Part shown: one piece after another, positions 38,609-48,998 of the stretch
Numbering within the stretch: the first letter of the stretch is position 1
Layout: the number at the start of each line of letters is the position of its first letter
Source of the DNA: Treponemataceae bacterium
Lineage (GTDB): Bacteria; Spirochaetota; Spirochaetia; Treponematales; Rectinemataceae
DNA length: 64,000 nucleotides
Assembly: GCA_963678065.2 (NCBI GenBank)
Contig: CAXXVZ010000003.1
Location: 736,001 to 800,000, forward strand
Direction of reading: 5' to 3'
Translations under genes and position numbers: made by a program
The notes under the pieces: generated by a model
Databases searched by the model: none
Seen by the model: the letters and a program-made list of their open reading frames with translations, nothing else
What the model was told of the DNA's origin: nothing

Positions 38609-39645
38609 AACTGGCAACATCCTCCGGAATTTCGAGGATAGGCATAGGGCAATCGATCGGGGAGCTCGCCGGTCTCGTGGACGGCAATCGCTGCCTTCTC
38701 GTCGTCGACTCCGCGGTGAGGGAGCTGCACGCGTCGAGACTTCCTCCCTTCCGTTACCTCGAGCTCCCGGCCGGCGAAGAGGGGAAGAACCTCGCCGCCG
38801 TGGAGAAGATATACGCGAGCCTGGCGGCGCTCGAGGCAGACAGGAGCTGGTCCCTCGTGGGCATAGGGGGTGGCACGGTCTCCGACATCGCCGGATTCGC
38901 TGCCTCGACCTACATGCGCGGCATCCGTTTCGGTTTCGCGCCGACGAGCCTCCTCGCCCAGGTCGACGCGGCCGTCGGGGGCAAAAACGGCGTCAACTTC
39001 GGCGGCTACAAGAATCTTGTGGGAACCTTCAAGCAGCCGGATTTTGTCATCTGCGACCAGGGCTTCCTGTCCACCCTCCCCGAGCGCGAATACCGCTCCG
39101 GCTTCGCGGAAATCATCAAGCACGCAATTCTCGCCTCGGAATCCTATTTTTCCTATCTCGAGTCGAATCAGGAAAAAGCGAAACTCCGCGACACTGCCTA
39201 CCTCGAACACGTGATAGGGCTTTCCATCGAAATCAAGGCTTCGGTCGTGACCGAGGATCCCGACGAGAAGGGGAAACGGAAGATATTGAACCTCGGACAC
39301 ACCGTCGGCCACGGGCTCGAACTCATCTGCGGCCTCTCTCACGGAGAGGCCGTCTCGATCGGCATCAACGCGGCCTGCATACTCGCGCGCGTGAAGGGCC
39401 TTCTCCAGCCGGCGCAGTCGGCCCGGATCGTGAATCTTCTGTCCTCCTACGGCCTTCCCCTCACCTTTGACGGAGGGAAAAGGCGCGAGAGCATCATAAG
39501 CTCCGTGCTCGAGGCCATACGGCACGACAAAAAACGCAACCGCGACACCATAGATTTCATCGTCCCGGAAAAAATCGGACTCGCCACGATCATGCCGGTC
39601 ACAGTGAATGAACTGGACCGCATTCTCAAGGGGGTTGTGACTTGA
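38596..39645 (+). CDS. aroB: 3-dehydroquinate synthase
   Basis: GGGTVSDIAGF, PTSLLAQVDAAVGGKNG, LNLGHTVGHG, HGEAV. Confidence 0.95.
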   Translation: MRELKLATSSGISRIGIGQSIGELAGLVDGNRCLLVVDSAVRELHASRLPPFRYLELPAGEEGKNLAAVEKIYASLAALEADRSWSLVGIGGGTVSDIAGFAASTYMRGIRFGFAPTSLLAQVDAAVGGKNGVNFGGYKNLVGTFKQPDFVICDQGFLSTLPEREYRSGFAEIIKHAILASESYFSYLESNQEKAKLRDTAYLEHVIGLSIEIKASVVTEDPDEKGKRKILNLGHTVGHGLELICGLSHGEAVSIGINAACILARVKGLLQPAQSARIVNLLSSYGLPLTFDGGKRRESIISSVLEAIRHDKKRNRDTIDFIVPEKIGLATIMPVTVNELDRILKGVVT

Positions 39646-40652
39646 ACAGCATCGGACGCCTCTTCCGGTTTTCGGTTTTCGGCGAGTCCCACGGCCCCGT
39701 GATAGGATGCCTCCTCGACGGATGCCCTCCCGGTATCCCGCTCTGTGCACAGGATTTCGAAACCGATCTCGCCCGCAGAAGACCGGGAGCCCTGGGCACG
39801 ACCCCGAGGCGCGAGGCGGACCCCGTCGAAATCCTCTCGGGCCTGTATCGCGGCCACACGACTGGATCGCCCCTCGCCATCGTCGTCAGGAACAGCGACA
39901 CGCGCTCCTCCGACTACGACCGTTTCGCGAGCCAGCCAAGACCCGGGCACGCGGATTTCACGTCTCGCATCAAATATGAAGGATTTGCCGATCCGCGCGG
40001 GTCAGGCCACTTTTCCGGCAGAGTCACCGCGGGAGTCGTCCTCGCGGGAGTCGTCGCCAAAAAAATCCTCGCCGGAGTCAGCTTCGATACAAAGGTTCTG
40101 GAGATAGCCGGGATTTCCCGGACCAACGACCCGGAAGGCTGCGAGGCGGCGATCGCCCGCGCCGTCGAGGAGGGCGATTCGCTCGGCGGCATCATCGGCT
40201 GCACCATATCCGGCCTGGCCGCGGGCCTGGGCGAACCCTTCGCCGACTCCGCGGAATCCGTCCTCGCGCACTGGCTCTTCGCCATTCCCGCCATCCGTGG
40301 GCTCGAGTTCGGCGAGGGATTCGTCGCATCCCGCCGCAGAGGCAGCGAGCACAACGACCCGATTCTCGACGCGGAAGGGCGGACGGCGACCAACAATTGC
40401 GGGGGAATCAACGGCGGGATCACCAACGGAAACGACCTCGTCCTGCGGATTGCCGTAAAACCCGCGTCCAGCATCGGGAAGCCTCAGACCAGCTTCGATT
40501 TCGGGACAGGAAAACCGCAAACCCTCATCGTGGAAGGAAGACACGACGCGTGCATCGCCCAGAGGATGCCCGTCGTGGCCGAAGCGGCCTGCGCCCTCGC
40601 CCTAGCCGACCTCAGCCTCATCCGGAAAGCATACAGGAAGGAAACGCCATGA
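39642..40652 (+). CDS. aroC: Chorismate synthase
   Basis: FGESHG, PRPGHAD, SGRVT, GGINGGITNG, GRHDACI. Confidence 0.95.
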   Translation: MNSIGRLFRFSVFGESHGPVIGCLLDGCPPGIPLCAQDFETDLARRRPGALGTTPRREADPVEILSGLYRGHTTGSPLAIVVRNSDTRSSDYDRFASQPRPGHADFTSRIKYEGFADPRGSGHFSGRVTAGVVLAGVVAKKILAGVSFDTKVLEIAGISRTNDPEGCEAAIARAVEEGDSLGGIIGCTISGLAAGLGEPFADSAESVLAHWLFAIPAIRGLEFGEGFVASRRRGSEHNDPILDAEGRTATNNCGGINGGITNGNDLVLRIAVKPASSIGKPQTSFDFGTGKPQTLIVEGRHDACIAQRMPVVAEAACALALADLSLIRKAYRKETP

Positions 40653-41710
40653 CACTGGAAGAACTCAGGGGAAACATCGACCGCATCGATTCGAGCATCC
40701 TGAAACTGCTCGCGGAACGGATGGAGAAGGCCGTCCTCCTGCGCCGTCTGAAGACGGGCATCCTGGACGACAAACGGGAAACCGAAGTCCTCTCGCGCGT
40801 GACGAAGCACTCGCTCGGGCTGCTCAAGCCGGAATTCAGCACGGAACTCTACGCGGATATCATGAAGGAGGCCCGGCGGCTCCAGGCGCTCGATCTCAAG
40901 ACCGTCGGGTTCCAGGGAGTGCACGGGGCCAACAGCGAGATGGCCGCGCTGGAGTGGAATCCCGAGTGGGTCACCATCCCCTGCACCGATTTCGCGGAGG
41001 TATTCGACCTCGTCTCCCTGGGCCTCCTCGATTACGGTGTCCTGCCCGTCGAAAACACCTCGGGCGGCTACATAGGCCCGGTGAACACTCTCCTCATCCA
41101 CACCGATCTCCACGTTGTCGGAGCGATCGACATGCCTATCAGCCACTGCCTCATGGCCGTACCGGGGACGGATCACCGCGATATCAGGGCCGCCTACTCC
41201 CATCCCCAGGCGCTCATGCAGTGCAGGGATTTCCTCGTCCGCAACCACCTCGAGGCGCGCGTCCACGAGGACACTGCCGGCGCGGCGCGCATGATCGCCG
41301 AGGAGAGACCCGCCGCAGCCGCGGCCATCGCCTCCCGCCTCGCCGCCGAGCTCTACGGCCTCGAGATCATCAAAGAAGACATCCAGGACGTCGACGACAA
41401 CCGGACACGCTTCCTCGTCCTCTCGAAGCAGGCCTCTACAACCGGAGCGAGCGGCACGAAGTGCTCCGTCGTGTTCACGCCCGAGCACAAGGCAGGATCC
41501 CTCTTCAAGGTGCTCGAGACCTTCGCGGGCGAAGGCATCAACCTCACGCGCATCGAATCCATCCCCGCCAAACCCGGCGAATTTTCCGTATTCATCGACT
41601 TCGCGGGCTCCGACAGAGAAGAGCGGGTCAGCCGTGCAATGGACACCATCCGCTCTTTCAACTCGAGCATCAGGATGCTCGGCTGCTACGACGAGAAGCG
41701 CATCAAATGA
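40649..41710 (+). CDS. pheA: Chorismate mutase/prephenate dehydratase (P-protein)
   Basis: LRGNIDRID CM domain, LPVENT, SHPQALMQC, NRTRF, ACT NLTRIES. Confidence 0.93.
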   Translation: MTLEELRGNIDRIDSSILKLLAERMEKAVLLRRLKTGILDDKRETEVLSRVTKHSLGLLKPEFSTELYADIMKEARRLQALDLKTVGFQGVHGANSEMAALEWNPEWVTIPCTDFAEVFDLVSLGLLDYGVLPVENTSGGYIGPVNTLLIHTDLHVVGAIDMPISHCLMAVPGTDHRDIRAAYSHPQALMQCRDFLVRNHLEARVHEDTAGAARMIAEERPAAAAAIASRLAAELYGLEIIKEDIQDVDDNRTRFLVLSKQASTTGASGTKCSVVFTPEHKAGSLFKVLETFAGEGINLTRIESIPAKPGEFSVFIDFAGSDREERVSRAMDTIRSFNSSIRMLGCYDEKRIK

Positions 41711-42480
41711 AAATCTGCATACTCGGCACAGGCCACATGGGCACCTGGTTCACGGAGGAGCTCTGCCACGACCACGACGTCGCCGTCTACGACAGGGATT
41801 CCCGCAAACTCAAGTACTTCATCAAGGTGACCCGCTGCACCGAGCTCTCGGAGATAGCGGATTTCGCCCCCGAGATGCTCATAAACTGTGTCAGTCTCGA
41901 GCACACAAAGGATGCCTTCGATTCCGTCCTTCCCCTTTTGCCCGCTGGCTGCATGCTCTGCGACATCGCCTCGGTCAAGGAGGGCTTGCCGGAGTATTAC
42001 AGGCAGGCGGGGCATCCCTTCCTCTCGACCCACCCCATGTTCGGCCCGACGCTTGCGAACTTCCACGACCTCTCCCAGGAAAGCGCCATCATCATCACGG
42101 AGTCGGACGAGAAGGGAAAAGAATTCCTCAGGAATTTCTACCGGGGCGTCAAGGTCAAGACTTTCGAGTACAGCTTCGACGAGCACGACAGGACGATCGC
42201 CTACTCGCTCTCGACACCCTTCGCCTCCACCCTCGTCTTCGCCGCCTGCATGAAAAAGCAGGAGGCGCCGGGGACCAATTTCAAGAAGCACATGAAGATA
42301 GCCGAGGGCCTTCTCGCCGAAGACGATTACCTGCTTTCGGAAATACTCTTCAGCCCCTACACCCTGGATCGGATCGAGAAGATAAACCAGAAGCTGTCCT
42401 ACCTGACCCACATCATCAAGGCCAAGGACTACGAGGAGATGATCCTCTTTCTCAACAAGCTCCGGGACAATATCAAATAG
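41707..42480 (+). CDS. tyrA: Prephenate/arogenate dehydrogenase
   Basis: ILGTGHMG, DIASVK, THPMFGP, EHDRTIA. Confidence 0.9.
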   Translation: MKICILGTGHMGTWFTEELCHDHDVAVYDRDSRKLKYFIKVTRCTELSEIADFAPEMLINCVSLEHTKDAFDSVLPLLPAGCMLCDIASVKEGLPEYYRQAGHPFLSTHPMFGPTLANFHDLSQESAIIITESDEKGKEFLRNFYRGVKVKTFEYSFDEHDRTIAYSLSTPFASTLVFAACMKKQEAPGTNFKKHMKIAEGLLAEDDYLLSEILFSPYTLDRIEKINQKLSYLTHIIKAKDYEEMILFLNKLRDNIK

Positions 42481-42512
42481 TGAGCCGACTGCGGCCGGGT
42501 TTCCCATCCGGA

Positions 42513-42561
42513 GAGATGGAAGGGCGGGTCTTCGCGTGCCGAAGACCCGCCCTTCCATCTC
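42513..42561. terminator. 22-bp perfect GC-rich hairpin between convergent tyrA and aroA (no U-tract)
   Basis: GAGATGGAAGGGCGGGTCTTCG-CGTGC-CGAAGACCCGCCCTTCCATCTC. Confidence 0.65.
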
Positions 42562-42566
42562 CTGCC

Positions 42567-43841
42567 TCAAGCAGGCATCTCCGATATCGCGGCGCCGAGC
42601 TTCCCGATATCGGAAAAGAATCCCGGATAGGACTTCGCGACACACTCGGCCCCTGTTATCGTGACAGGACTCTCTGCGCGCAGGGCTAGAACGCCGGCGG
42701 CCATGGCCATCCTGTGGTCTCCCCGCGCGCAAACCACGCCTCCCTTTATCCTGGCGGGAGGCCGAATCGTCATTTCGTCGCCATCCACCTCCACCCCGAT
42801 TCCGAGACGCGCAAATTCTTCCACGATGGCGGCGGCCCTGTCACTCTCCTTGTGCGCGAGGCGCAAGGCGCCGGCGATGCGCGATGGACTCCCGCAGAGG
42901 GCAGCGAGGGCAGCGAGCGGAGGAAAGAGGTCGGGGCAGTCGGTCGCGTCGAAGTCGAAGCCCTTCAGTTCCGAGCGCCTGACCTTCAGGATGCCCTGAG
43001 ATACCTCCATGTCGGCGCCGGCCATCCGGAGTGCGTCCAGGAGCGCCCTGTCCGCCTGGGCCGACTCAGGATCGAGGCCGAGGATGCCAAGGCCCTCGGG
43101 GCCGGATGCGACGAGGCCCGCCACGGCGAGAAAGGCCGCGCCGCTCCAGTCAGCCTCGATTTCGAAATCGCGCGGAGTGTAGGACTGCCCTCCCCTGATA
43201 TGGAATGTCTCGTAGGCATCATTCTCGACGACGACTCCGAAGGAGGCGAGCACGCCGATCGTGAGGTCGATGTAGGGCTTCGATGCGAGCCTGGAGACTT
43301 CGAGCACGGAATCACGGGGCGCGAGCGGCAGTGCAGTCAACAATCCGGTGAGAACCTGGGAACCCGCGGAGCCGTCGAGGCTGCAGTGCCCGCCGCGAAG
43401 GGGACCTTTGACCCTGACGGGCGCGAAACCGCCCGAGGTATCGCAGTCCGCTCCCAGCTGGCGGAGGGGGGACTCGAGGGCCGAAAGGGGACGCGACGCG
43501 AGCGAACCATGCCCGAGAAGACTGAGCGGTCTGTCCGCGAGTGCGGCGACAGGCGTGAACATCCTGATGCAGAGCCCCGATTCCCCGCAATCGAGACTCT
43601 CGGAGCGCGGCGCGAAACCGCCTTCGATGGCGACAGCTCCGGAATCCTCCACACAGATACTCGCGCCGAGGCTTCCGGCGACGCGAAGTGCCGCCTGACA
43701 GTCCTCGCATTCGGCGGGCTCCCGAAGGAGCGAGCGTCCCTCAGCGAGGAGGGAGACGGCGATCGCGCGCTGCATCGCGCTCTTGGAGCCGGGAGCGCGC
43801 AGTGTGCCTGAAAGTTCAGAGGCCTGTACACAGATGTTCAT
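42567..43841 (-). CDS. aroA: EPSP synthase
   Basis: PGSKS..QRA, DCGESG, SKPYIDLT, LAHKESDR, DHRMAMA, VAKSYPGFF. Confidence 0.95.
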   Translation of the reverse strand: MNICVQASELSGTLRAPGSKSAMQRAIAVSLLAEGRSLLREPAECEDCQAALRVAGSLGASICVEDSGAVAIEGGFAPRSESLDCGESGLCIRMFTPVAALADRPLSLLGHGSLASRPLSALESPLRQLGADCDTSGGFAPVRVKGPLRGGHCSLDGSAGSQVLTGLLTALPLAPRDSVLEVSRLASKPYIDLTIGVLASFGVVVENDAYETFHIRGGQSYTPRDFEIEADWSGAAFLAVAGLVASGPEGLGILGLDPESAQADRALLDALRMAGADMEVSQGILKVRRSELKGFDFDATDCPDLFPPLAALAALCGSPSRIAGALRLAHKESDRAAAIVEEFARLGIGVEVDGDEMTIRPPARIKGGVVCARGDHRMAMAAGVLALRAESPVTITGAECVAKSYPGFFSDIGKLGAAISEMPA

Positions 43842-44355
43842 GGATTGACTCCGCGATGGATTGGACCGAGCGCGAGGCTTCGGTATCGACGATGAAATCC
43901 GCGCAGGCGCGGTAGAGTTCCTCTCGCGCCGCGAGCAACTCCCTCGCCCGGCCGAGAGGATCGGCGTGGTCGAGGAGGGGACGCGTCCCCGCGCTGAAGG
44001 ATGCGCGGCGCACGGCTTCCTCCGCGCTCACACGTATCCAGACAACATGGAATGATTCTCTGAGAATCGAGCGGTTTTCGGGCGCGATGACAATGCCGCC
44101 TCCGCAGGAGAGCACGATGCCCGTGTCCCGGGCGCAGGCGGCGAGGCAGGCCCGCTCCCGTGCGCGAAAACCGGCCTCACCCTCGGCCGCGAATATCGCC
44201 GGCACCGTCATTCCGGCTTCCCGCACTACCCTCTCGTCGAGGTCGACGAAAGGGTAGCCGAGCATGGGCGCGAGGAGCCTTCCGACCGAGGACTTGCCGC
44301 AGGCCATGAAGCCCGTGAGAGCCACGCGAGACGGGAAGAGCGCGGGCGCGGTCAA
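43816..44355 (-). CDS. aroK: Shikimate kinase
   Basis: GFMACGKSSVG, EGEAGFRARE, SCGGG, TRPLL. Confidence 0.93.
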   Translation of the reverse strand: MTAPALFPSRVALTGFMACGKSSVGRLLAPMLGYPFVDLDERVVREAGMTVPAIFAAEGEAGFRARERACLAACARDTGIVLSCGGGIVIAPENRSILRESFHVVWIRVSAEEAVRRASFSAGTRPLLDHADPLGRARELLAAREELYRACADFIVDTEASRSVQSIAESIHEHLCTGL

Positions 44356-46340
44356 ACCTCCCCCTTCCTGATCCTCTCGATCTCGTCGCGGAGGATGGCC
44401 GCCTCCTCGAACTCGAGGTTTTTCGCGTGCTCGAGCATACGATCCTCCAGCACCTTGATGAGGGACTTCTTCTGCGCAGGCACGAGGAGATTGTGCGACT
44501 TGAGGAGGGTGTCTATCTCGCCGTGAGTCGTATCGACCCTCTCCTCGTGGTGGCGCGAGAGGATGTCCTGGACGCTCTTCATGATGGTCGTGGGCGTAAT
44601 GCCGTGCTTCGCGTTGTATTCCAGCTGGAGTGCGCGCCTGTTCTTCGTCTCCTCGATGGCGAGCCGCATGGCCTCGCTCATCCTGTCGGCGTACATGACG
44701 ACCTTGCCAGCCGAGTTGCGCGCGGCGCGGCCGATTATCTGGATGAGGCTCGTCGCGGAGCGGAGGAAGCCTATCTTGTCCGCGTCGAGGATGGCGATGA
44801 AGGAGACTTCCGGCAGGTCGATGCCCTCGCGGAGGAGGTTGATGCCGACGAGGACGTCGTACTCGCCCATGCGGAGCTGCTTCAGGATCTCGACGCGCTC
44901 GATGGTCTCGACCTCGGAGTGGATGTAGCGCACGCGGAGCGAAAGCCCTGCGAGGTACTCCGTCAACTCCTCGGCCATGCGCTTGGTGAGAGTGAGGATG
45001 AGGCTCCGCTCGTTTTTGTCGATCCGCCGCCGTATTTCGGCGTAGATGTCTTCCATCTGGCCCGTGCTCGGCCTGACCTCTACCTCGGGATCGAGGAGAC
45101 CGGTCGGGCGGATGACCTGGCGGACGATATTTTTCGAGAGGGCGATCTCCGTCGCGCCGGGAGTCGCCGAAACGTAGACGACCTGGTCCACTATGGACGA
45201 GAACTCTTCGTACTTGAGCGGCCTGTTGTCGAGGGCCGAGGGCAGCCTGAAGCCGTAGTCGACGAGGCTGGTCTTGCGCGAGCGGTCGCCCGCGTACATG
45301 GCGCCTATCTGGGATACGGAGACGTGGGACTCGTCGATGAAGGTGAGGAAGCCTTTGGGGAAGTAGTCGAGGAGAACGCCCGGCCTCGTCCCCGGAGCGC
45401 GGCCCGAGAGCGGCCCGGAGTAGTTCTCGATGCCCGAACAGTAGCCCATCTCCCGGAGCATCTCTATGTCGTATTCCGTCCGGCTCTTTATCCTCTGGGC
45501 CTCGAGGAGCTTGTTGGCGGCGAGGAGTTCCTCGTAGCGCAGCTCGAGTTCGGCTGAGATCGAGTCCACGGCCTTCTGCACTCGATCCTCCGGCATGACG
45601 AAGTGCTTGGCGGGGTAGACCACGGCCTCGTCGAGGTCGGGGCCGAAAGCTCCCGAAATCGTATCGAACTTTCTGATCCGCACGACGGTGTCGTAGTCGA
45701 GTTCGATGCGGTAGGCCTCCTCCATGTAGGCGGGATAGATCTCGAGGACGTCGCCTCGCACGCGGAAGCGGCCGCGCTCGAGGACCGCGTCGTTGCGCTC
45801 GTACTGGAGGCTGACGAGCTGGCGCTTGATGTCGTCGAGGTCGATGGCCGAGCCGCGGTCGATGTAGACCCGCATGTCCTTGTAGAGGTCGGGAGAGCCC
45901 AGGCCGTAGATGCAGGACACCGTGGCGACGATGATGACATCCCGCCTCTCCATGAGGGAGGCCGTGGCGGCGAGGCGCATGCGGTCGATCTCTTCGTTGA
46001 TGCTCGAATCCTTCTCGATGTAGAGATCCTTGGACGGGACATAGGCCTCGGGCTGGTAATAGTCGTAGTAGGAGACGAAATACTCGACGGCGTTGTCCGG
46101 GAAAAAATCCTTGAACTCGCGGTAGAGCTGGGCCGAGAGAGTCTTGTTGTGCGAGATGACGAGGGTGGGGACCTGGAGTTCCTCGATGACCTTGGCCATC
46201 GTGTAAGTCTTTCCGGAGCCCGTGACCCCTTTCAGGGTCTGAAAACGGTAGCCTGAGCGGAGGCCTTCGGCCAGGCTCCGGATGGCCTCGGGCTGGTCTC
46301 CCGCTGGCTCGTAGGGAGCGACGACTCTGAATGGTTTCAT
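44352..46340 (-). CDS. uvrB: Excinuclease ABC subunit B
   Basis: GDQPEAI, GVTGSGKT, YFVSYYDYYQPEAY, GINLLREGIDLPEV, C-terminal UVR FEEAAILRD. Confidence 0.98.
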   Translation of the reverse strand: MKPFRVVAPYEPAGDQPEAIRSLAEGLRSGYRFQTLKGVTGSGKTYTMAKVIEELQVPTLVISHNKTLSAQLYREFKDFFPDNAVEYFVSYYDYYQPEAYVPSKDLYIEKDSSINEEIDRMRLAATASLMERRDVIIVATVSCIYGLGSPDLYKDMRVYIDRGSAIDLDDIKRQLVSLQYERNDAVLERGRFRVRGDVLEIYPAYMEEAYRIELDYDTVVRIRKFDTISGAFGPDLDEAVVYPAKHFVMPEDRVQKAVDSISAELELRYEELLAANKLLEAQRIKSRTEYDIEMLREMGYCSGIENYSGPLSGRAPGTRPGVLLDYFPKGFLTFIDESHVSVSQIGAMYAGDRSRKTSLVDYGFRLPSALDNRPLKYEEFSSIVDQVVYVSATPGATEIALSKNIVRQVIRPTGLLDPEVEVRPSTGQMEDIYAEIRRRIDKNERSLILTLTKRMAEELTEYLAGLSLRVRYIHSEVETIERVEILKQLRMGEYDVLVGINLLREGIDLPEVSFIAILDADKIGFLRSATSLIQIIGRAARNSAGKVVMYADRMSEAMRLAIEETKNRRALQLEYNAKHGITPTTIMKSVQDILSRHHEERVDTTHGEIDTLLKSHNLLVPAQKKSLIKVLEDRMLEHAKNLEFEEAAILRDEIERIRKGEV

Positions 46341-46464
46341 GCCTCTCCTTATACTGCGGCGCTGGCGAGGAGCGATACAGGAAAAGCGCCTTTATCTGTC
46401 ATCTGCCATGAGCCGCGCGATCCCACGAGGAACAGGGAGTCCCGCACGGTCTCCTCAAGGCTCG

Positions 46465-47790
46465 CTATTTGGACGCTGCCTGGCTGCGTTCGGAGAGCAG
46501 AACGGTCGTGGACTGCTTTTTTCCGCCACGCCAGTATTCCACGGCGACGCGCTCACCCGGCTTGTTGTCCTCGAGCGCCGCGTGGAGATCGGCCACGGAG
46601 GCCACCTCCATGCCATCCACCGAGACGATGATGTCCCCGCCCAGATTGAAGACGGCCGATCCGTAGCGCACAGGTGTTCCGCCGCCGTGCAGTCCGGCCT
46701 TCTCGGCGTTGCCGCCGCGCGGGACCTGGGAGACGAGGAGACCCTTCTCCACCGGGGCTTTGTAGCCGTTCTGCTTCATGTAGTCGACGAGGTCGGGGAA
46801 GAGCTGGATGCCCTGCACGTCGATCCATCCGCGCCGGACCTTGCCGTTCGCGATGAGGTCGGGCACGATGCGCTTGGCCGTATCCACGGGCACAGCAAAT
46901 CCGATCCCGACCGAGCCGCCGGAGGTGCTGTAGATCATGGCGTTGATGCCGATCATCTCCCCGCGGGAGTTAAGGAGGGGGCCGCCCGAGTTTCCGGGGT
47001 TGATGGATGCATCGGTCTGGATCATGTCCCTTATTATGGTCGAGTCGTCGACCTTGACCGGCCGGCCGATGCCGGAAATTATTCCTTGCGTCAGGGTGCG
47101 CTCGAGGCCGAAGGGGTTGCCGATGGCGAGGACCTTCTGGCCGACCTTGATCCCGGCCGAACTGCCGTAGGGGATGGTCTTGAGCGCCCTGTCGGCGGGA
47201 GGATCGAACTTGATGACGGCGAGGTCGTTTTCCGGGTCTGTGCCGACGACCTTCGCCTCGTAGCGCGCCCCTCCCGAGAGGTTCACGTAGAGTTTGACGG
47301 CGTCTTTGACGACATGGTTGTTGGTGAGGACATAGCCGCGTTTGTCGATGATCGAGCCGGAGCCGGAGCCGCCCTGCTGGGGCACGGGTTCGAGGAACCA
47401 GTTCACTCCGATGACCTCGGTCGTGATGTTGACGACTGCCTCGTTGTAGCGCTCGTAGACGTCGATGTTTTCCTGTTCGTCGATGTCGACGACGGGGAGG
47501 CCCGGAAGGGCTTCGGTGGAGGGCGCCCGACTTCCGGAAATTCCGGCGCTTCCCGGGCTTCCTGGTCCGGAGCTTTCTGTCGGGCGGGCCGCGGGAAGCG
47601 AATCTGCGGGGAGTGCGCCACTCCCTGCCCCGGCTCCCGCGGAAAGAGCGTTTTTTTTGCCAGAAAGATAGCCCAGAACCCGAGCCGCAAGGTCGGGGCG
47701 GAGAGCGGAGACAGAGAGCAGAAGCGCGAGGAGAACAGCCGCGCCGATCGCGGCCGACAGAGCGATATGACCCCTGGTATAGAGTTTCAT
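46465..47790 (-). CDS. htrA: HtrA/DegP-like serine protease with one PDZ domain
   Basis: GSGSII, TNNHVV, DLAVIK, QTDASINPGNSGG; N-terminal TM anchor. Confidence 0.9.
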   Translation of the reverse strand: MKLYTRGHIALSAAIGAAVLLALLLSVSALRPDLAARVLGYLSGKKNALSAGAGAGSGALPADSLPAARPTESSGPGSPGSAGISGSRAPSTEALPGLPVVDIDEQENIDVYERYNEAVVNITTEVIGVNWFLEPVPQQGGSGSGSIIDKRGYVLTNNHVVKDAVKLYVNLSGGARYEAKVVGTDPENDLAVIKFDPPADRALKTIPYGSSAGIKVGQKVLAIGNPFGLERTLTQGIISGIGRPVKVDDSTIIRDMIQTDASINPGNSGGPLLNSRGEMIGINAMIYSTSGGSVGIGFAVPVDTAKRIVPDLIANGKVRRGWIDVQGIQLFPDLVDYMKQNGYKAPVEKGLLVSQVPRGGNAEKAGLHGGGTPVRYGSAVFNLGGDIIVSVDGMEVASVADLHAALEDNKPGERVAVEYWRGGKKQSTTVLLSERSQAASK

Positions 47791-47875
47791 GATCTCTTCC
47801 TTATGTTTTTCAGGAGAAATATACCGCGAAGCGGGCCTCCTCGTAAATGATGAGGCGTTGGTGTAGAGTGCTTCC

Positions 47876-48967
47876 ATGCCGTCCCAGATAACACACATCC
47901 TCGCGGGAGAGGAGGCGCTTTCAATCCTGGGAGAGGACAGCCTGCGCCTGGCGGTCTCGCAGGCGCCCGCCTTTTTTCGTCTGGGATGTCAGGGCCCGGA
48001 CATCTTCTACCACAACCAGCGGACCCGTCCCTCCGGTATTCATTTCGGAAGCCTCCTCCACAAGAGGAATTACGGCACCATGCTGGCCGCAGCGTACGAA
48101 TATGCCCGCTCGATCGAATCTCTTCTTCCCCGCTCGGCCGCCCTGGCCTACCTCCTCGGCGTCTCGACGCACGCGGCGACCGACAGGATACTGCATCCCT
48201 TCATAATCCATTTTTCTGGCCGCCCCGAGCCGGCCAAGCCAGAGACCATGCGATTCACGGGCTGCCACGCATTTCTCGAACGGCTCGTCGACATGGCCCT
48301 TCTGAAGCGGTACCGACGGAGCAGCCCCGAATCCTTCGACATCGCCGCCTCCATGGACATCGGTCCCGGCCACGGCACGGAGAGCTCCGAAGCCCTCGCC
48401 GGATCATGGGAGGCCGGCCTCAGGGCGGCCTTTCCGAATTCGACGGCCAGGGACAGTTTTGTCCGACTCAGGGCACACAACGCCCTCGACGACGCGAGGC
48501 GTTTCTTCGCGATAACCAATCCTGTGACGGGCGGTGAGCGGAGCCCTCCCTTCGCGCGCTTCGTCGACCTGTCGCCCCGGGACAGGATCAGGGTAGCCGC
48601 CCTCCTCTACCCGCCCCGGCTGCCCGAAGGTCTCGATTTCATGAACGAGGAAGGAAGGTCCTGGGCCCACCCTTCGGGAGATGGCCGGTCCTCGCGCTCG
48701 GACGGCTACTCTCTCTTCGCGGAGGCTGTCGAGGAAAGCGCGCGCGGCATGCTGGCCTGCCGCGACTTTCTGGCGGAAGATTCCGGCCCGGAAGACTTCG
48801 CCGCGGCGATAGGCGAGGCTTGCCTCGGCTCATGCGACCGCGAGGGGAGGCCCTCTCCGGGAAATGCCACCGATCCGCTACCCCTCGGGGCTCTCCTCCT
48901 TCGGTGGAGCGAAGAACTTGCCGCCGGAGAGGCAGAGGACTCAGGCGTCCCGCCCGATCGCGGTTGA
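47876..48967 (+). CDS. Zinc-dependent phospholipase C family protein
   Basis: MPSQITH, LGCQGPDIFY, LLH, GVSTHAATDRILHPFI, HAFLERLVD. Confidence 0.8.
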   Translation: MPSQITHILAGEEALSILGEDSLRLAVSQAPAFFRLGCQGPDIFYHNQRTRPSGIHFGSLLHKRNYGTMLAAAYEYARSIESLLPRSAALAYLLGVSTHAATDRILHPFIIHFSGRPEPAKPETMRFTGCHAFLERLVDMALLKRYRRSSPESFDIAASMDIGPGHGTESSEALAGSWEAGLRAAFPNSTARDSFVRLRAHNALDDARRFFAITNPVTGGERSPPFARFVDLSPRDRIRVAALLYPPRLPEGLDFMNEEGRSWAHPSGDGRSSRSDGYSLFAEAVEESARGMLACRDFLAEDSGPEDFAAAIGEACLGSCDREGRPSPGNATDPLPLGALLLRWSEELAAGEAEDSGVPPDRG

Positions 48968-48998
48968 CCGTGACCGCACAAGGTTGTACCCTTGGCCC

